Assembly (NCBI RefSeq): GCF_009914755.1
Contig: NC_060927.1
Length of the DNA: 64,000 nt
Reading direction: 5' to 3' (one strand)
From: the human T2T-CHM13v2.0 reference genome, Homo sapiens
The notes under the pieces were generated by a model. The model was not told where the DNA came from. It searched no databases and saw only the letters and a list, made by a program, of their open reading frames with translations. Below, one piece after another: positions 1-12,794 of the stretch. Each line of letters starts with the position of its first letter. The first letter of the stretch is position 1. Both the position numbers and the translations under genes were made by a program.

Positions 1-1039
1 TCTGAATTAGGTTACCATGCTTTTCTTTTATGGTTTCCTAATCTTATCCTTCATGCTGTTTACATAATTATTCTATATGCATCCGTATGTTCAGTGTTTG
101 TTTCCCTACTCCAAAGGGCCAAGGAGCACAGCTGTTTTGTTCTCCATTTTATTCTCAGAGGTTAAGCCAGGCTGTAACACAGATAGGCAGTGTATGACTC
201 CATAAGTGAAAGGGTAAATGACTGGAAAGAAGACTGGTTTTCTCTCACCTATTTATGTGAAATGTCTCTGCCTGTCTCAGCTGAGGGTAACAACTGTTAT
301 TGGTTTTGTGTATTATTGAGGATACAGAAGATGTGATTCTTGTCTCTAACATCACCAAGTCTGTGGCCTTCTGGAATTTTATTAAGGGTTGTCTCTGCAA
401 AAACCAAAACCCAATGATACACACAAATCAGCATTCTTTAATTGGTATAGGCTTGACACGAGGGGCTGTGATTTGTCAATTTATTTTACAATATTTGCAT
501 TTTTATTTCTTAATTCTGTTTCCAGAAATGAGCTTTAATGCCATTTGGATCCCCCATTCTTTTTATTAAAAATGAATAGAGAAAATACCACTTTTCATTA
601 ATAGGATTCATAATCCTTTTTTGGAGGGATTTGTTTTGGCTTGTGTAATGGAACTTTTAAGAGGGTAGGCATAGAAAACTGACTGGGACTCTTTGTAGAA
701 GAAAGAGCAGAGTTACCTACTGTGTGTAAAAAAGAAAAGCAGGAACAGTGGACTTTCTTTATTTCTAAAACTAAACTGCCCTAATTGTTCATATCAAAAG
801 ATGGGCTTTTCCCAAGCTCGGTTGGCATTTTTAATTTACAGAGAAAGCGTGCATTGTTTTGCAGTGTGCATTGCGGTTACATTGGCTCCCAGAAGATTAG
901 CTCAAAGGTATCTATGAATAGTCACACCCTAAATTATATGAACTGAAGAGTTTTAAAGAGGTGGAAAATCTGATGCATGCTATTTCCCAGACATTCATGC
1001 CTTAGGAAAATAACTAGGGAAGTGGGAGAGTGAAACTTA

Positions 1040-1710
1040 GAAGTTGCTACTTTATATTCACCAATGTGGCACTTGTAAACTGTGTGACCCTGGGCCACTG
1101 AATTAACTTCTGTAAGCCTCAGAATTGTAAAGTGGAGATAAAAATACCAGCTACCTTCAGAATTATTGTGAGGATTTCATGAGATAATATATGAAAAGTG
1201 TCACAATGCCCAGCACATTATAAATGCCTTATAGGTAGGGGATAGTACACTACATAGGATAATAGTTAAGGGCACAGACTCTGGAGGGCCTGGCTTCTGA
1301 ATCCTGGACTTGCACTCAGGGGTGGGGCCATCTTGGGCTGGTTACTTGACATTTGCGTGTTTGAGTTTCCTCATATGCACAATGGAGATAGTAATAATAC
1401 CTGCTACATAGGGTTATTATGAAGATTAACTGAGTTAGTATGTGTCAAGTGTTGATAACAACTTGTGGTTCATGGTAAGTGCTATATATACGTTTGTTGC
1501 GATGAAGAAGTCTGGGTCTTGCAGACAGTTAGTCTGCAAGTTCTTGAACCAGACTTCATAATGTACCAAGTATGTTGAGCTTCAATTTTCTCTTTTTGTA
1601 ATATGCGGATGATTCTAGTTATAATGTCAATTTTTATGAGAAATCGGTGAGATAATGCATATGTAAAGTGCTCAGCATAGGATTTGGAACATGGAAAATA
1701 CTCACTACTC
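1040..1710 (+). mobile_element. Three consecutive MIR SINE remnants (~1040-1235, ~1250-1490, ~1530-1710)
   Basis: MIR core motifs: ctgtgtgaccctgggc, agtttcctcatatgcacaatggagatagtaataatacct, gagataatgcatatgtaaagtgctcagcatag. Confidence 0.8.
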
Positions 1711-2569
1711 ATAGCAAAGACTTTTCTTGTAATTGCTACTACCATTACTATGATTATTTCCATTATTTTTAGTCCTACTATGAATATGCCTCTGGCTTAT
1801 ATAGAACTTATATTCGAAGTGAATTCCACAAACACTCTGTGGAAATAAAAAGGATTAATATGTAGAAAATAATGTTGAGAGTAATGTTACTGTTGGTGTA
1901 TTTCTATAAATGGAGCTGTTTCAGCAAATTGAAAAATATCCAGTAAAAGTCTTATAATCATGCATTTGCAATTTTGCAGATCACAAAAGATCAGAGTTAG
2001 TCAGGGTCAGTGTTGGGTGGACAGTTTTATATTCATGGAAAATGACTCATAGGAAACATCAGGAACTAAAATTTCCAAAATAAAAAAAAATTAAAAAGTC
2101 ATCATATAAACTGTGTTTAAGTCAAGTCTATTTCCTATCTTAACTGAGATTATGTTCATGGAGTAAAGTTTTGACATGGTCTAAATTTCAATGTTATATC
2201 TTGTTTGTGGCATCACTGGAAATGAATAAGTCCTGATTCCAGTGATGGTAACATTTTCCACTTTAGTCATTTGGGTCATTGTTGCTACAATATCCATATT
2301 TAAACCTGTGTGTTGTTTTGCAATATATCTTTAAGTTCAACTTCCTTTTTTGTTTCAAGTGACTAGGGAAGAAAAAACAGTGATTATAATACAGAGTACA
2401 AATGATGTTTGAGAAAAGCAGGGCTTTGAGTAGCATTGGTCCTGAAGTCCTCTGTGTTTTAATGAAGGGTGGGAGCTTGCACTGAGAAGTCAGGTGTGCA
2501 GAGAAGTGCTAATGGTCGCATCAAGGCCTGGATGTCAGATCCTTTCAAGTCAAAATATGGAAGTGCTGA

Positions 2570-3150
2570 TGAAATTCCTAGATTATATGATCTAGAAGGA
2601 CAAGTCAAGTTATCCCATCAAAAATATATGGGGGAACTTCCGCTAGGCATGTGCATATCTCTGATAACAGTATGCCATGGTTGGAAGGCGGGAACCTGGA
2701 AGGGAAGATAAATTCAAGTTCAGTATCACTGGGGCCATAGAATGAAGTACTTTTTAAGCCATGGTAAGAAGGGTGGGCTTTATTAGAAGGCCAATAGAGA
2801 GGAATGGAAAGGTTTTAAGTGGGAGGGAGGGCATTCTATTCGTGTTACTGAAAGATCACTCTGGCGGTGCCACAGAGAATGTATTGTAGGAGATGGTGAC
2901 AAAGAAAACCAATAAGGAGCAGTGTAGGCAAGAGCTGGGGTCACTCGGGACTTGCCTGTGGAGATGGAGAGGAGGTGGAGCTGAGAGATATCAGGGAAGG
3001 AGAATCGTAGGGTGGGTGATTCGTTGGACTTAAGTGGTAAGAGAGAGCAAGGAGGGAAGGATGTCTTTTAGATTTCTCACATGGGCAGGTGGTTAGAACA
3101 ATGGTGCTGTTCATGGAGATGAGGCTCTTGGTAGACAAAACAGATTGGGG
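2570..3150 (-). mobile_element. L2 LINE remnant
   Basis: Purine-rich L2 antisense motifs: gccatggtaag, ggttttaagtggg, aaagatcactctggc, atggtgctgttcatggagatgagg. Confidence 0.7.
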
Positions 3151-3271
3151 AGGATGAATATTAATTCTTCCTCCTATATGTGGTAGAGTAGATGGATGTT
3201 TATGGGGTATAATAGATGAGTATAGTCATTTGACTGTTTTAGAACGAGTCTGGTTCTTGGGGTAGAACCTG

Positions 3272-3545
3272 TGTTTCAGTCAGGTTTGCATTTTCAAGCA
3301 TGAAATTAAATTGCCAATTAACAGTTGTGTAAACAAATAGGGATTTATTTATCTCCATACAAGAAGCCCAGGGCTCTGTAATCACTGCCGTTGTTTAGTG
3401 GCTCCATGATGTCAGAACCAGCATCTCAGTGATTTGTCTTGACTTTTTTCTAATATTTGTCACCTCATGGTTGCAAGATGGCTGCCGCTCCTCTGGGCAT
3501 CACAACTGCTTTACACTTTAAGAAGAGTGTAAATCAAGAAGGGAG
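3272..3545 (-). mobile_element. MaLR LTR (MLT1J/K-like), partial
   Basis: gtggctccatgatgtca and cctcatggttgcaagatggctgccgctcctctgggcatcaca are typical of old MLT1 antisense. Confidence 0.7.
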
Positions 3546-4749
3546 AACAAGCTATGATTTCTTATTAACATATACAGTATGAAGTGTGCTTAAAGTTTGA
3601 CTATATTTTTCTTAGATACCTTCTAACACATATAGCTCTGAGTAGTCTTTAAAGTATGTTAAATACATTTTTCCCTGATTAAAATTCTCAACTTGCAAAA
3701 ACCATTTTTTTTTCTCTCAGATTTATTCCAAATCTTCCTTATTACTAAATTCTCAGTGGACCTCTCTGGGTTTCGAGCAAGTGCGGAAAATTCCATTTGG
3801 TGTTCGCCGGCTGATGTGCAAGTAAAAGCAGGGAATGTATGATGGAAAATGTCATACCCTTTATGATGACTTTTGATCTGTGAAGAATATAATTATTCTG
3901 TGTTTAAAACTACAGAAGGGAAATGTTTATTCACTCTTTTTGAAGGTAACATTATTCGGGGTATCATGAAGTGCAAATATTTGTCCTTTGCTGCAGTTTA
4001 ATTCAAGATAGTCTCACCACCTAATGTTTGCAGAATTCTGTTGGTGACTGTTTTAGCTAACAGTCATTCTGAGGCATAGCAGAAGGTGCAGAGATTTTTG
4101 GAAAGAGACATCTCAAGGTGTACCCCGATGCTGTGTGATTTTCTTTAACTTCTCTGAACTGGTTTGTTCTGTGAAATTGGGTGAAATTGGGATAAGAGCA
4201 GGAGACAGTCTTTACATCCTTACTACAAACATACACAAAAATGCCTCTGAAACAAGGGTGGCTATGACACACTGAAGGTGCAAGTTAAATATGATGGGGT
4301 GTGGAATAGGGAAAGATTAATTTCTGCTGGGAGATATTGTGAACTCCATGTTGGAGAATGCAGAAGATTTACAGGATAATGGAGGATGGCCCCAGGCTTA
4401 TCACACACATGTAGTGTGCAAAGTACATTAGAAGTTTTCAGGATTTACTGTTTCTGATAAGGGTCAAAATGAGGAGACCCTTGAAATTCTGGCTGAGCGA
4501 GCTTGAACTTTGTTCTGTATGTGATGGGGAGCAACTGAAGACTTAAAAATTCACGGAAACTTAATGTCGATAGAAGTGAAATTGGGGGTCAAAAAATATA
4601 TATAATTAAAATTAAAATTAAAATTTTCATTTTGATATAATTATAGATTAACACACAGTTGTGAGAAGTACTGAGATATCCATGTATCTTTTATCCAGTG
4701 TCACCCAGTAGTAACATTTAGTATAATTCACAACCGGTAAATCAACTGA

Positions 4750-5130
4750 AGTCTTTTAAAGGGAAATCCATGATATGCTGAAGTCTGTGTTAAGTGGGTT
4801 GTCCTAGTAGCTGTGGACTAGAATGGATTGGAAAAAGAACATGGAAGCTAGGACACCTTTGGGAGGCTCTTGCAATAATCTGAGAGTAGGGGCATAACAA
4901 TAGGATTGGGAAGAAGGGATATTTGGCAATATGGGGCTGATAAGAGAAGCTGATGCTCTGTGTAGTTGCTCAACAAAGAGGTATTGAGGGTCAGCTGTGT
5001 GCCATGCAGTCTGGTAAGTACTATAGGGGTTAAAAGATGATCTAATAGAGACAGGGCAATGCAACTGAAGGAAAATGGGCCACGTGGAAACGATGTTAGG
5101 CTGGACGAGACAGTGAGTTCTGTCTAGAGG
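4750..5130 (-). mobile_element. L2 LINE remnant(s)
   Basis: gaagctaggacacctttgggaggctcttgcaataatctgagag; caacaaagaggtattgagggtcagctgtgtgcca resembles an L2 3' end. Confidence 0.55.
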
Positions 5131-5149
5131 GATAACTACTATTCTACCA

Positions 5150-5330
5150 CTGGTTGTTACCATTTGTGACTATAGGTCCGGTGTGGCTGGTGTTTTGATT
5201 TCTTAGATGCCAGAAATCTAAATTTCTTTGTGAAATCTCTCAATTTTTAAATGTTACCTAATATAAAATTACAAAGAAGATGCATGCCAATGAGCAGTCA
5301 TCTGTGAGCTAGATTCACCCTGTGGGTTCT
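5150..5330 (-). mobile_element. MER102-like hAT-Charlie remnant
   Basis: gccagaaatctaaatttctttgtgaaatctctcaatttttaaatg matches MER102 antisense. Confidence 0.55.
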
Positions 5331-5358
5331 TTGTTTTCTTGATGGAATGTTTAGAGCT

Positions 5359-5872
5359 TATTTCAGTTATCTATTACTGGGTAAATTGAGTGGCTTAAAG
5401 AGATAACTGTTTTATCTCACATAGTTCTGATAATTGACTGGGGAGCAGTTTTCCTGGTCTAGCTTGGGGTCTCTCATGGAATTGCCATTAGATGATGGCT
5501 GGATTTGGAGACATCTTGAAGCCTGCCTTGGGCTCTAAGATGGCTATAACTTTCTCTTTCTCCGTTGGTTTCAGGACCTCTTGTGGCCTCTCCATGTGGC
5601 CTTTCTAGCAGGGTAACCAGACTAATTAGATGTTAGCTCAGAACTCCTTATAGATTGTTTCAACAGGGAATAAATAGAAGCTACTAGTCTCCTTAAGGCT
5701 AGGTCCAGAGTTGCTAGCACATCACTCTTGCCACTTTCTGTTAGTTAATGCAAGTTGCTCCAGACCAGATTCACTGTGGGAAGGGACTGCACAAAGCATG
5801 AATGATGGGAGGCCTTGTCCATTGGTGACCATCTTTGGAGACAACCTACCACTGAAATCAAGATGTCTAGAT
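5359..5872 (-). mobile_element. MaLR LTR (MLT1G/H-like)
   Basis: Starts tatttcagttatctattactg, contains ggcctctccatgtggcctttctagc, ends accatctttggagacaacctaccac. Confidence 0.8.
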
Positions 5873-6311
5873 ATTGGTGACACTGTTTATCAAAGGTAAA
5901 TGAGGGACATAGCAAATTCTCCTGTTTAGCATTCATGTTACTTTGAAGTTTTTAGAAAACCACATAATAGTGAGTTTTGTTTTTTTTTTTAGTAGTAACT
6001 GTGATTCTGGAGAAACCTGGTTGTTAATACAGTGGCTTCCTTTGGAAGCATAATTCATTTGTAGCTATTTGGTGTCCAGTTCATTAAAAAATAATACTAT
6101 TAAGTGATAAGACAGATCTTTTCTGCTTTGGGTGAGCATGTTCTTTTCAAATACGTGACCAGGTTGTTAATGTTGGGTCCATAATCATGTATCTTTTCAG
6201 AAAAGAGCCCCTCAGATAAAGTCTGTTACATAAGACTTCCAAATGTTTATTAGCCTGAATACATGCAACTAAAATGTACTTTATCATGGCGCTTTTTGTT
6301 CTCCTTAGACT

Positions 6312-6460
6312 CAGAACTGGCTGCAAAATTTGCAGGTCCCAGTGCAAAATGAACATGTGGAGCCCCTTGTTATGATTGTAAAGACGACACCAGCGAGCAT
6401 TAAACCAAGCCCAGGGCCCTGTGCACCTGCATAGATCTCATGCCTATGAAGTCATCCCTG
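6312..6460 (-). mobile_element. MER45A (hAT-Tip100) MITE with 8-bp TSD
   Basis: cccagtgcaaaatgaacatgtggagccccttgtt...agcattaaaccaagc...gggccctgtgc; cag/ctg termini; TSD cttagact (6304-6311) / cttagatt (6461-6468). Confidence 0.85.
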
Positions 6461-6469
6461 CTTAGATTT

Positions 6470-6575
6470 TTGAAAACGTGTACAAAATGTGGGAGTATAC
6501 TGTATTTTTCCGATAAAGGGCCATTAACTCTGATCAAATTCTCATTAGATTTTGACACCCCCAAAGGTTGGTCCT
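6470..6575 (-). mobile_element. MER103C-like fragment
   Basis: gtacaaaatgtg...tttttccgataaagggccattaactctgatcaaattctca...gacacccccaaaggtt. Confidence 0.5.
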
Positions 6576-6934
6576 ACTGCTTATGCAAATAAGAAAAGGG
6601 TGAAAGCTCTATGTTTAACAAGATCTCTGTTCCCAAGCAGTCCCTGTACCTCCTAGCCACAGCAGCAGGTGTTGGCAGGCGTTAGTCTGAGCTCCCTGCT
6701 GTTCAGGCTTTCTGAATTTGAGTGATTCCAACACAGTTAGGAACAGCATATCTCTTGTCGAAGGCTTGGCATGCTTTTTTCTAAATGTACTTTCTACCCC
6801 TTTACTGAGCTCTGTTCCTGAAGGATCCAGAATAGATTGCCTGTCTCGTTGATGAGTTCCTAAGTTCATTTGGAACAGACACTAACACAGTTCATTGCAC
6901 TAAAGATTTAGGGTTCAACATCTCCAGAAGGTAG

Positions 6935-7060
6935 TTGATAGACTCCAGACAGGTTTGCAACATTGTACAACTGCAGAGAGCATGCTCAGATCATGGCCTA
7001 GGAATGGCAGCCCCTGGCATTGTGCAGTGCACAGCCTGAGTGGCTGTACACAGAGGCCCT
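6935..7060. mobile_element. MER91A-like hAT-Tip100 MITE
   Basis: ttgtgcagtgcacagcctgagtggctgtacacagaggccctg terminus. Confidence 0.6.
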
Positions 7061-7274
7061 GCCCTATAAGAATCTCAGTCTGCTATAATAATTTAGAGAG
7101 GTTGTTGTACAGCTGACTTTTTAAATAAGGCATGAGCCATTTTGAATTACTTGTTTGGCCCCCTGACCTGTGGCTTCATAAGCTCTTAATTTTTGTTTAT
7201 CATCTCTATCAATCAGTGGATGCCAAGGCCAAATTAGCCCTATACCCATACACCTGACCCTTATAATAGAATAA

Positions 7275-7495
7275 TAGTAGCTAACATTTATTGAATGCTT
7301 ATTATGTGCTAGCGACTCTGCATGCATTATCTAATTTCATCTTCACAACAAGTCTATTAGTTGCTGTTATTCTTCCATTTAATTGATGAGAACACTGAGA
7401 TTAAGTGTGGTTGTGTGAGTTACTCAAAGTCACAAAGCTAATTAAGTGATAAGCTGTGACTCGAACCCAGTCCTGTCTGATTTCTAAACCCAAGC
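7275..7495 (-). mobile_element. MIR SINE
   Basis: agctaacatttattgaatgcttattatgtgctag...gatgagaacactgag...gactcgaacccagtcctgtctga. Confidence 0.85.
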
Positions 7496-8338
7496 AGCAT
7501 TACAGAGGGTGTGTTTTTAGGGCAATGTTTGCACATGGCAGTATTCTCTATTTGAAGCTTGTTTTATTGTAGGCCATTTCTTGCTTCTGGAGCATTCCCT
7601 GATTAAATATTCTCTACCTATACTTATTTCTCAGGATTTTTAGTTCTTTCAAAGTAACCATCAGACCTTTCATAAATTTTGAATATCCTTTATTACTATC
7701 TACTTCAGTAAATCTAGGAATATTTAATCTCTTAATTGGAGTTACAAATGGCAAATGCTGAGGGGATTATGTTCTAGGTGAGTGTTTTTGTTTTGCACAT
7801 GCCTCAGAGAACATAAAAATTAACACATTTCCTTAACAGAGATGAGAATAGAGTCCTAAACATCACCAGATAATTTCCTACTAGTGATAAGAAAAATTAT
7901 TCTCATCTAATTTTTACTGCTTTCAGTATAATGTACTGTAGGATGAGAGGAACAGACCAGTTCCCTTGATAAACACCTTTTGACCTTATTCCATCCTTTC
8001 CAGGAGGTGGAAATTCTGATTTTCCCTTGGAGTGATATTCCAGTTCATTTAATGCATGTGAACAGACAGGTTCTTTTCCAGGTGTGAGAACAATACTGGT
8101 TTGGAAGTAGAGACCTAGGTATCCTCTGACAGATTGTGGGGAAGTTGAGATACCTGAAATTACCTTTTGCTTGGATGCTCCTTGTCTCTCTTGCCCATCT
8201 GTACAGTATTAGATTTCTAACAATGTGATAGACTCTTCTAATATTCCTAGTTATTCTTGACTGATAGTTTTTGTTGAACAAATAGAAAAGAAAGGTAAGG
8301 GGCTTTATCTGAATACAGAATACTTAGTCAAGTGTTTG

Positions 8339-8411
8339 TATGTGTGTGTGTGCACGTATTCAAAGGAGATATTTATATATGATATGTAGGATATATATAT
8401 ATATATATATA
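8339..8411. repeat. (TG)n and (TA)n microsatellites
   Basis: tatgtgtgtgtgtg followed by an atatatatatatatatatat run. Confidence 0.85.
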
Positions 8412-8638
8412 ATTTATATATTTAATAAAGGAGATTATTTCTCTTTTATTAAATGCCAAGTTGGGTTATGTTGCTTTCTGCACCACAGATAATGACTAAG
8501 GACCTACTTACTCTAATCGAATGATCTGCCCAAAGACTAATGGTATACTTTATTATACTTATTTGCAAGGTTCTGATAGAGGATGTTTTAAATTATCCAG
8601 AATATGGTTTTTTTTGTTCGTGTATGTGTATTTCTAAA

Positions 8639-8821
8639 AGTGGTGTTTCACAAAGTGTAGTTTAAGAGTTACCTGTGTCAGGGTCACCTGGGGATGTGTT
8701 AAAAATAGGAATTCCTGGGTCTTTGGACTCCAGCTGTCTCTACTGATTTGAGGTTTTCAGGAATCTGCATGTCGCTCAGCTTCTTTGTGATTTTTGTCCC
8801 ACTATAGTTTGAGAACCATGG
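8639..8821. mobile_element. MER5A/B (hAT-Charlie) MITE
   Basis: gtttcacaaagtgtag...cagggtcacctgggg...aggaatctgcat...agtttgagaacca. Confidence 0.75.
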
Positions 8822-9070
8822 TCTGAAATGTGTCAGCATAGGGATAAAGATTCAACTTAATTTTGTCTTTTTTTGTTCCCTTCCTCTTTCCTGTCTCTCT
8901 TTCTTCTCCCCTTTCAAATATATTAGAGACAACTATTTTAAGGGGTATTTTAATGGCTTGTGTTTTTTATTTGCGATGAAAGGCTTTTGTTAATGTTAGC
9001 AATATCACAATTCCATCTTTTCCTTTGTGGTCTGTATAAAAGGAGCCATTGGGGAAGAGTTGCTTTTTGT

Positions 9071-9071
9071 T

Positions 9072-9100
<29 letters not shown>
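9071..9100. repeat. (GTT)n microsatellite
   Basis: About 9 perfect gtt units. Confidence 0.9.
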
Positions 9101-9102
<2 letters not shown>

Positions 9103-10099
9103 AATACCCACTATTTTCCATAGCAAATCTCCAGGAAGGAACAACATACTGTTTGTTCTTTTTTCAGGATAACTCTGGCTTTCTTTGCTAGTGGGTGTTG
9201 TAATCAATGCTTTTCAGAAGCAACTTAATACTCCTCCTTACTATAAATCCCAGAATTTAATGCAAACATTTCTAACGTTTATAGAGGCTACTTTTTGGGG
9301 TAAGAGAAGGGAGGAATGAAAATCCTTTGAGAAGACATTTTGAGGATTCTCTGTGATCTCAGAATAGGTAGTAATGACTCCCTGAGTTTTAGTGTCAAAG
9401 ATTTTGAGATCTCTTAGTATAGAAAACAGTTACAAAGCTAGAAGCTTTAATGGATTTTTAAAAACACAAAGTTTTTAACTGAAGATATTCCTGAAAGGTA
9501 AATTCCCTCCCTCCTTCCCCCTCCCCCATATTAGAGAAATTACTTTTTTGAGGAAGCTGAACTAGCCAGCTAGTCTCCACTCTAATCCATGGTAGATAAC
9601 TAGTTGGATTATTAGAGATTGGAACTTTTCCAGGTGACTTGGATAGAGACTCCCTGAAGATATATTAAGCCAGGCAATGAATTTAGAGGCAGATTCTTCT
9701 TTATAAAGGACTTCTTAAAATAGGAAAATGATGATCTAAGTGTCATAAAGTTAAGAAACTATTGTGGTGATTTCTTCTGAAGGTCAGATCCAAGGTTTGT
9801 GTTTCATTGAAGATCCCCAGGGAAATCTCAAGGGTCCTGTGTCCCATTCTGGAGAGACTGGCGTGGACTGTGGGCCCCTGCAGCCAGCTGCTTGCCTTTT
9901 GTTTATTTTCCTTGTTATCTTTGTCAAAGTGCTGCAGTTGGATTTTTTTTTTTTTTTTAAATAGCACAAGATGATTGTCTTTCTGCTGTGTCTTCCACGA
10001 AAGCTTTGTATTAGTGGAGAACTTTTGGCTGCAGAGCTGGGCTGATCTGTGTGGCACTGAGCATAATTCAGGTTCTCCTGCGGGCACTTGAACATTCTT

Positions 10100-10170
10100 C
10101 ATGAGGGCTGAGGCAGGCAAGCTGAGTGGAGCAGTGAGTCACGGCGTGCTGCGGCAGTGGTGTCCTGAAA
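10100..10170. promoter_or_regulatory. Candidate AP-1 enhancer core
   Basis: TGAGTCA at 10135-10141 in locally GC/CpG-richer, non-repetitive sequence. Motif evidence only. Confidence 0.3.
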
Positions 10171-10180
10171 TAACAGCAAG

Positions 10181-10201
10181 CAGCAGCAGCAGCAGCAGCA
10201 G
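10181..10201. repeat. (CAG)7 microsatellite at a MIR tail
   Basis: Seven perfect cag units preceded by cagcaag. Confidence 0.9.
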
Positions 10202-10209
10202 TAATTTAA

Positions 10210-10440
10210 TAGCAGTAGTGAGCATTTACTGATGCTTCCCATGTGCCAGGCACTCTGCTCAGTACCTTCTGTGCACTATCTCATTTAAATCAGAACAATC
10301 CCATGAGCTCGGTACCATCTTTCATGTCAGTTTTACAGATACTCATCTGCAGGTCACATGACCAGTAAGCAATCCAAGTGGGGCTTGAATGCTGATTGCT
10401 TGGGTGCCCAAATTCATGCATTTAACCATAGTACCATACT
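10210..10440 (-). mobile_element. MIR SINE
   Basis: agcatttactgatgcttcccatgtgccaggcactctgctcagt...ttttacagat...tttaaccatagt. Confidence 0.8.
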
Positions 10441-10477
10441 CTTTGACAGAAATGCACGTTGTTACTGCCTTTTTTGC

Positions 10478-10552
10478 TTTGCTTTTTCCTTAAATCACAT
10501 CAGAACTGGTTTTTGCTTTTTCCTTAAATCACATCAGAACTGGTTTTTGCTT
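10478..10552. repeat. Perfect 34-bp tandem duplication
   Basis: (tttgctttttccttaaatcacatcagaactggtt) x2.2. Confidence 0.95.
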
Positions 10553-11020
10553 AGTAATTTAGGCTCCATGACCTGAAGATTGTCTTTTCTTATTTTTATG
10601 AGTTGAGGTTTTGAGTGAGAGGGAAATACAACCTGAGAAAGTTCATCCTTGGGAAATTGAGCATGGCCTTTTGCCTGAGACCATGTCCATCTACTGAATG
10701 GTCAAGGGAGCAAAAAAGGAATCGTGGGAGGTGAAAGGTAGAAAGATTGGGCTAGAGAAAAAGAGATGGACAGGTAGACACATCCAGGGTGATCTGTACC
10801 GTGGATGAAGGAGGAAGAGGGATATGAAACATAGTTCAAGAACTAGAGTTCAAAGGTCACCTGGGTAATAATGCCATATAGGGCTTAATGGGGGAAAAGG
10901 AAGGTTCAGTGATCAAATAAATTGGAAATTGTACATTCTAACATCTGTTTGGAGAACAAAAAAAGCAGTGCAGCACCTAACACTTCTTGAGTGCTTCCTG
11001 CGTATGCTTTAAGTAGCACA

Positions 11021-11173
11021 TTCCACTCTTAGATTCTAAGGTGGAGTGAGCTTTGCCAAAGGAGGTTTGACTCCTAGAGGGAAATCAGGGTAGTTTCCAA
11101 AGTAAATGAGAATGGATGCAGATTTAAATAGTTGGGACTCATGCCACAATTTACCTGATGTTTTTCTCATTCT
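11021..11173 (+). repeat. Direct doublet copy A (partner 12141-12291)
   Basis: cctagag(g/a)aaatcagggtagtttccaaagt...gagaatggatgcagatttaaatagttg(g/a)gactcatg occurs twice, offset ~1120 bp. Confidence 0.9.
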
Positions 11174-11689
11174 GCAACTGCCTGGTGCCTGGTGACCTTT
11201 GTCAGTGGCTTCCTCTTGTTGCCTCTAGGGCATGAATCCCTGCTTCTGTCTGCTTTACGGGATTGTTGACAGTAAATGAGTATGAAGTCCTTTGCGCTCT
11301 GTAGAGGTAAGACGCTTTTGAAGTTCAAGGTCTTCATAATGTTCATATCAAATATCTAGAGTTCCTTCAATTTAGTTAACATCGTAAAATGAATGTATAT
11401 CCTTTTAGGACAGATTAAATACCCTTAGCTTACTCAGGAGAGGAAAGGAAATGCATCTAAAAAGTGTTTACTGCTCTCAGGAGACATATCTTCAAGTTCT
11501 TATGGGTTGCACCGAGATGACTGGTGACAATCCTCGAGTAACATTGTTATGGATTTTATATAAGACTGTGGAAAATGAGACGTGTTTGCTTGTATGGGCT
11601 TATCCTTTTGAAGCCCAGTTATCTGGGGCATACATCCGTGGAAATACCGTCATTTAAAAACAATTTCTTTAAAATTAGGGTTGGAGGAG

Positions 11690-12235
11690 CATATTAGGTA
11701 AAAATCCATTCAGTTGGAAATGACCGAAAGTCCAACTACAGCAACAAAGGAGATTTATTCATTCATTTAGGTGAAGAGTCCACATCCTTTTGGACTTGCT
11801 TTGAGTATCATGGTTGGATTGACCATAGGCCTGGAGTTATCATCATGTACCTGGTTTCTCATCCAATCCACTCTGCCTTCATGGTGTTATGTCACTTTTA
11901 GAGTGTTGCTGGTTCCACTTCGTGATGATAAGATGTCTGCCAAATACTCCTGGGGCTGCTTATTCTCTCCCGCATGTGGTGAGAGAGAGAGAGATTGATT
12001 TCTGGGAGCTCTTCCACGATAGCAAAGGAGAAGCTCAAACCGTTCTTATTGGCCACACTTAAGTCATGTTCCATTCATGAGCCAGTGCATGTGATGAAGG
12101 AATGGGTTTTAGGCTGGTTAGTATAGACACCAGAACCATGTTCCACTCCTGAATTCTAAGGGGGACTGAACTTCACCAAAGGAAGTGTGAAACCTAGAGG
12201 AAAATCAGGGTAGTTTCCAAAGTGAGAATGGATGC
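11690..12235 (-). mobile_element. MaLR LTR (MLT1K/L-like)
   Basis: attcagttggaaatgaccgaaag...aagatgtctgcc...ttattggccacacttaagtcatgttccattcatgagccagt...ggaaaatcaggg. Confidence 0.7.
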
Positions 12236-12794
12236 AGATTTAAATAGTTGAGACTCATGACACAATTGACCTGATAGTTTTCTTGTATTCTCATGTTAGC
12301 AGTTATGTGTGAAACTGGCTTTTTAATGAATAAACGACTAGATCAAGGTTTAACTTGTAAAGGATCTTGTTCCAAGTTCCTCTCTGTTTCTTAGTAGTAC
12401 AGGCTAGACTAGACCAAATTGAAGGATTCTCTTTCTTTCCACTTTTTGAAAAGTCTTGGTGTTTGGTTTTTGAATTTGTAAAGCATTAAGTTGAATCTGT
12501 ATCTGGCCGTGGTTTTCTATTCCAAATGCCTTTTGGATGAGTCAGTGTGAGGTTTCATTAGGGCAGTATAAATTACCCTCACTTTTTTTCTTTTTTTCTC
12601 TTCTTGATCTCAGTATGACTGCTCCTTATTTCTGACATTGAGCCTCATGTTTTAATACATAAAAGATTCCTGTTTTCACATGGATCTCCTACGTGTCCAA
12701 CATTACATTTTATCCTACAAAAATTACACCACTGATAAAAATAAAATAGTTATTATTGAAAGGCATAAATAACAAGAATGGTGGTGGTAGCCAG

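Noticed and set aside
3830-3900. Possible C/D-box snoRNA (atgatga near 3863)
   Set aside because: No properly placed D box (CTGA) or terminal stem.
9743-10120. 125-aa and 103-aa ORFs as a processed pseudogene
   Set aside because: No parent protein recognised; the poly-K comes from a T run; no TSD or terminal poly-A.
10181-10201. (CAG)n as a polyglutamine or disease-type repeat
   Set aside because: Only 7 units, non-coding, and derived from a MIR tail.
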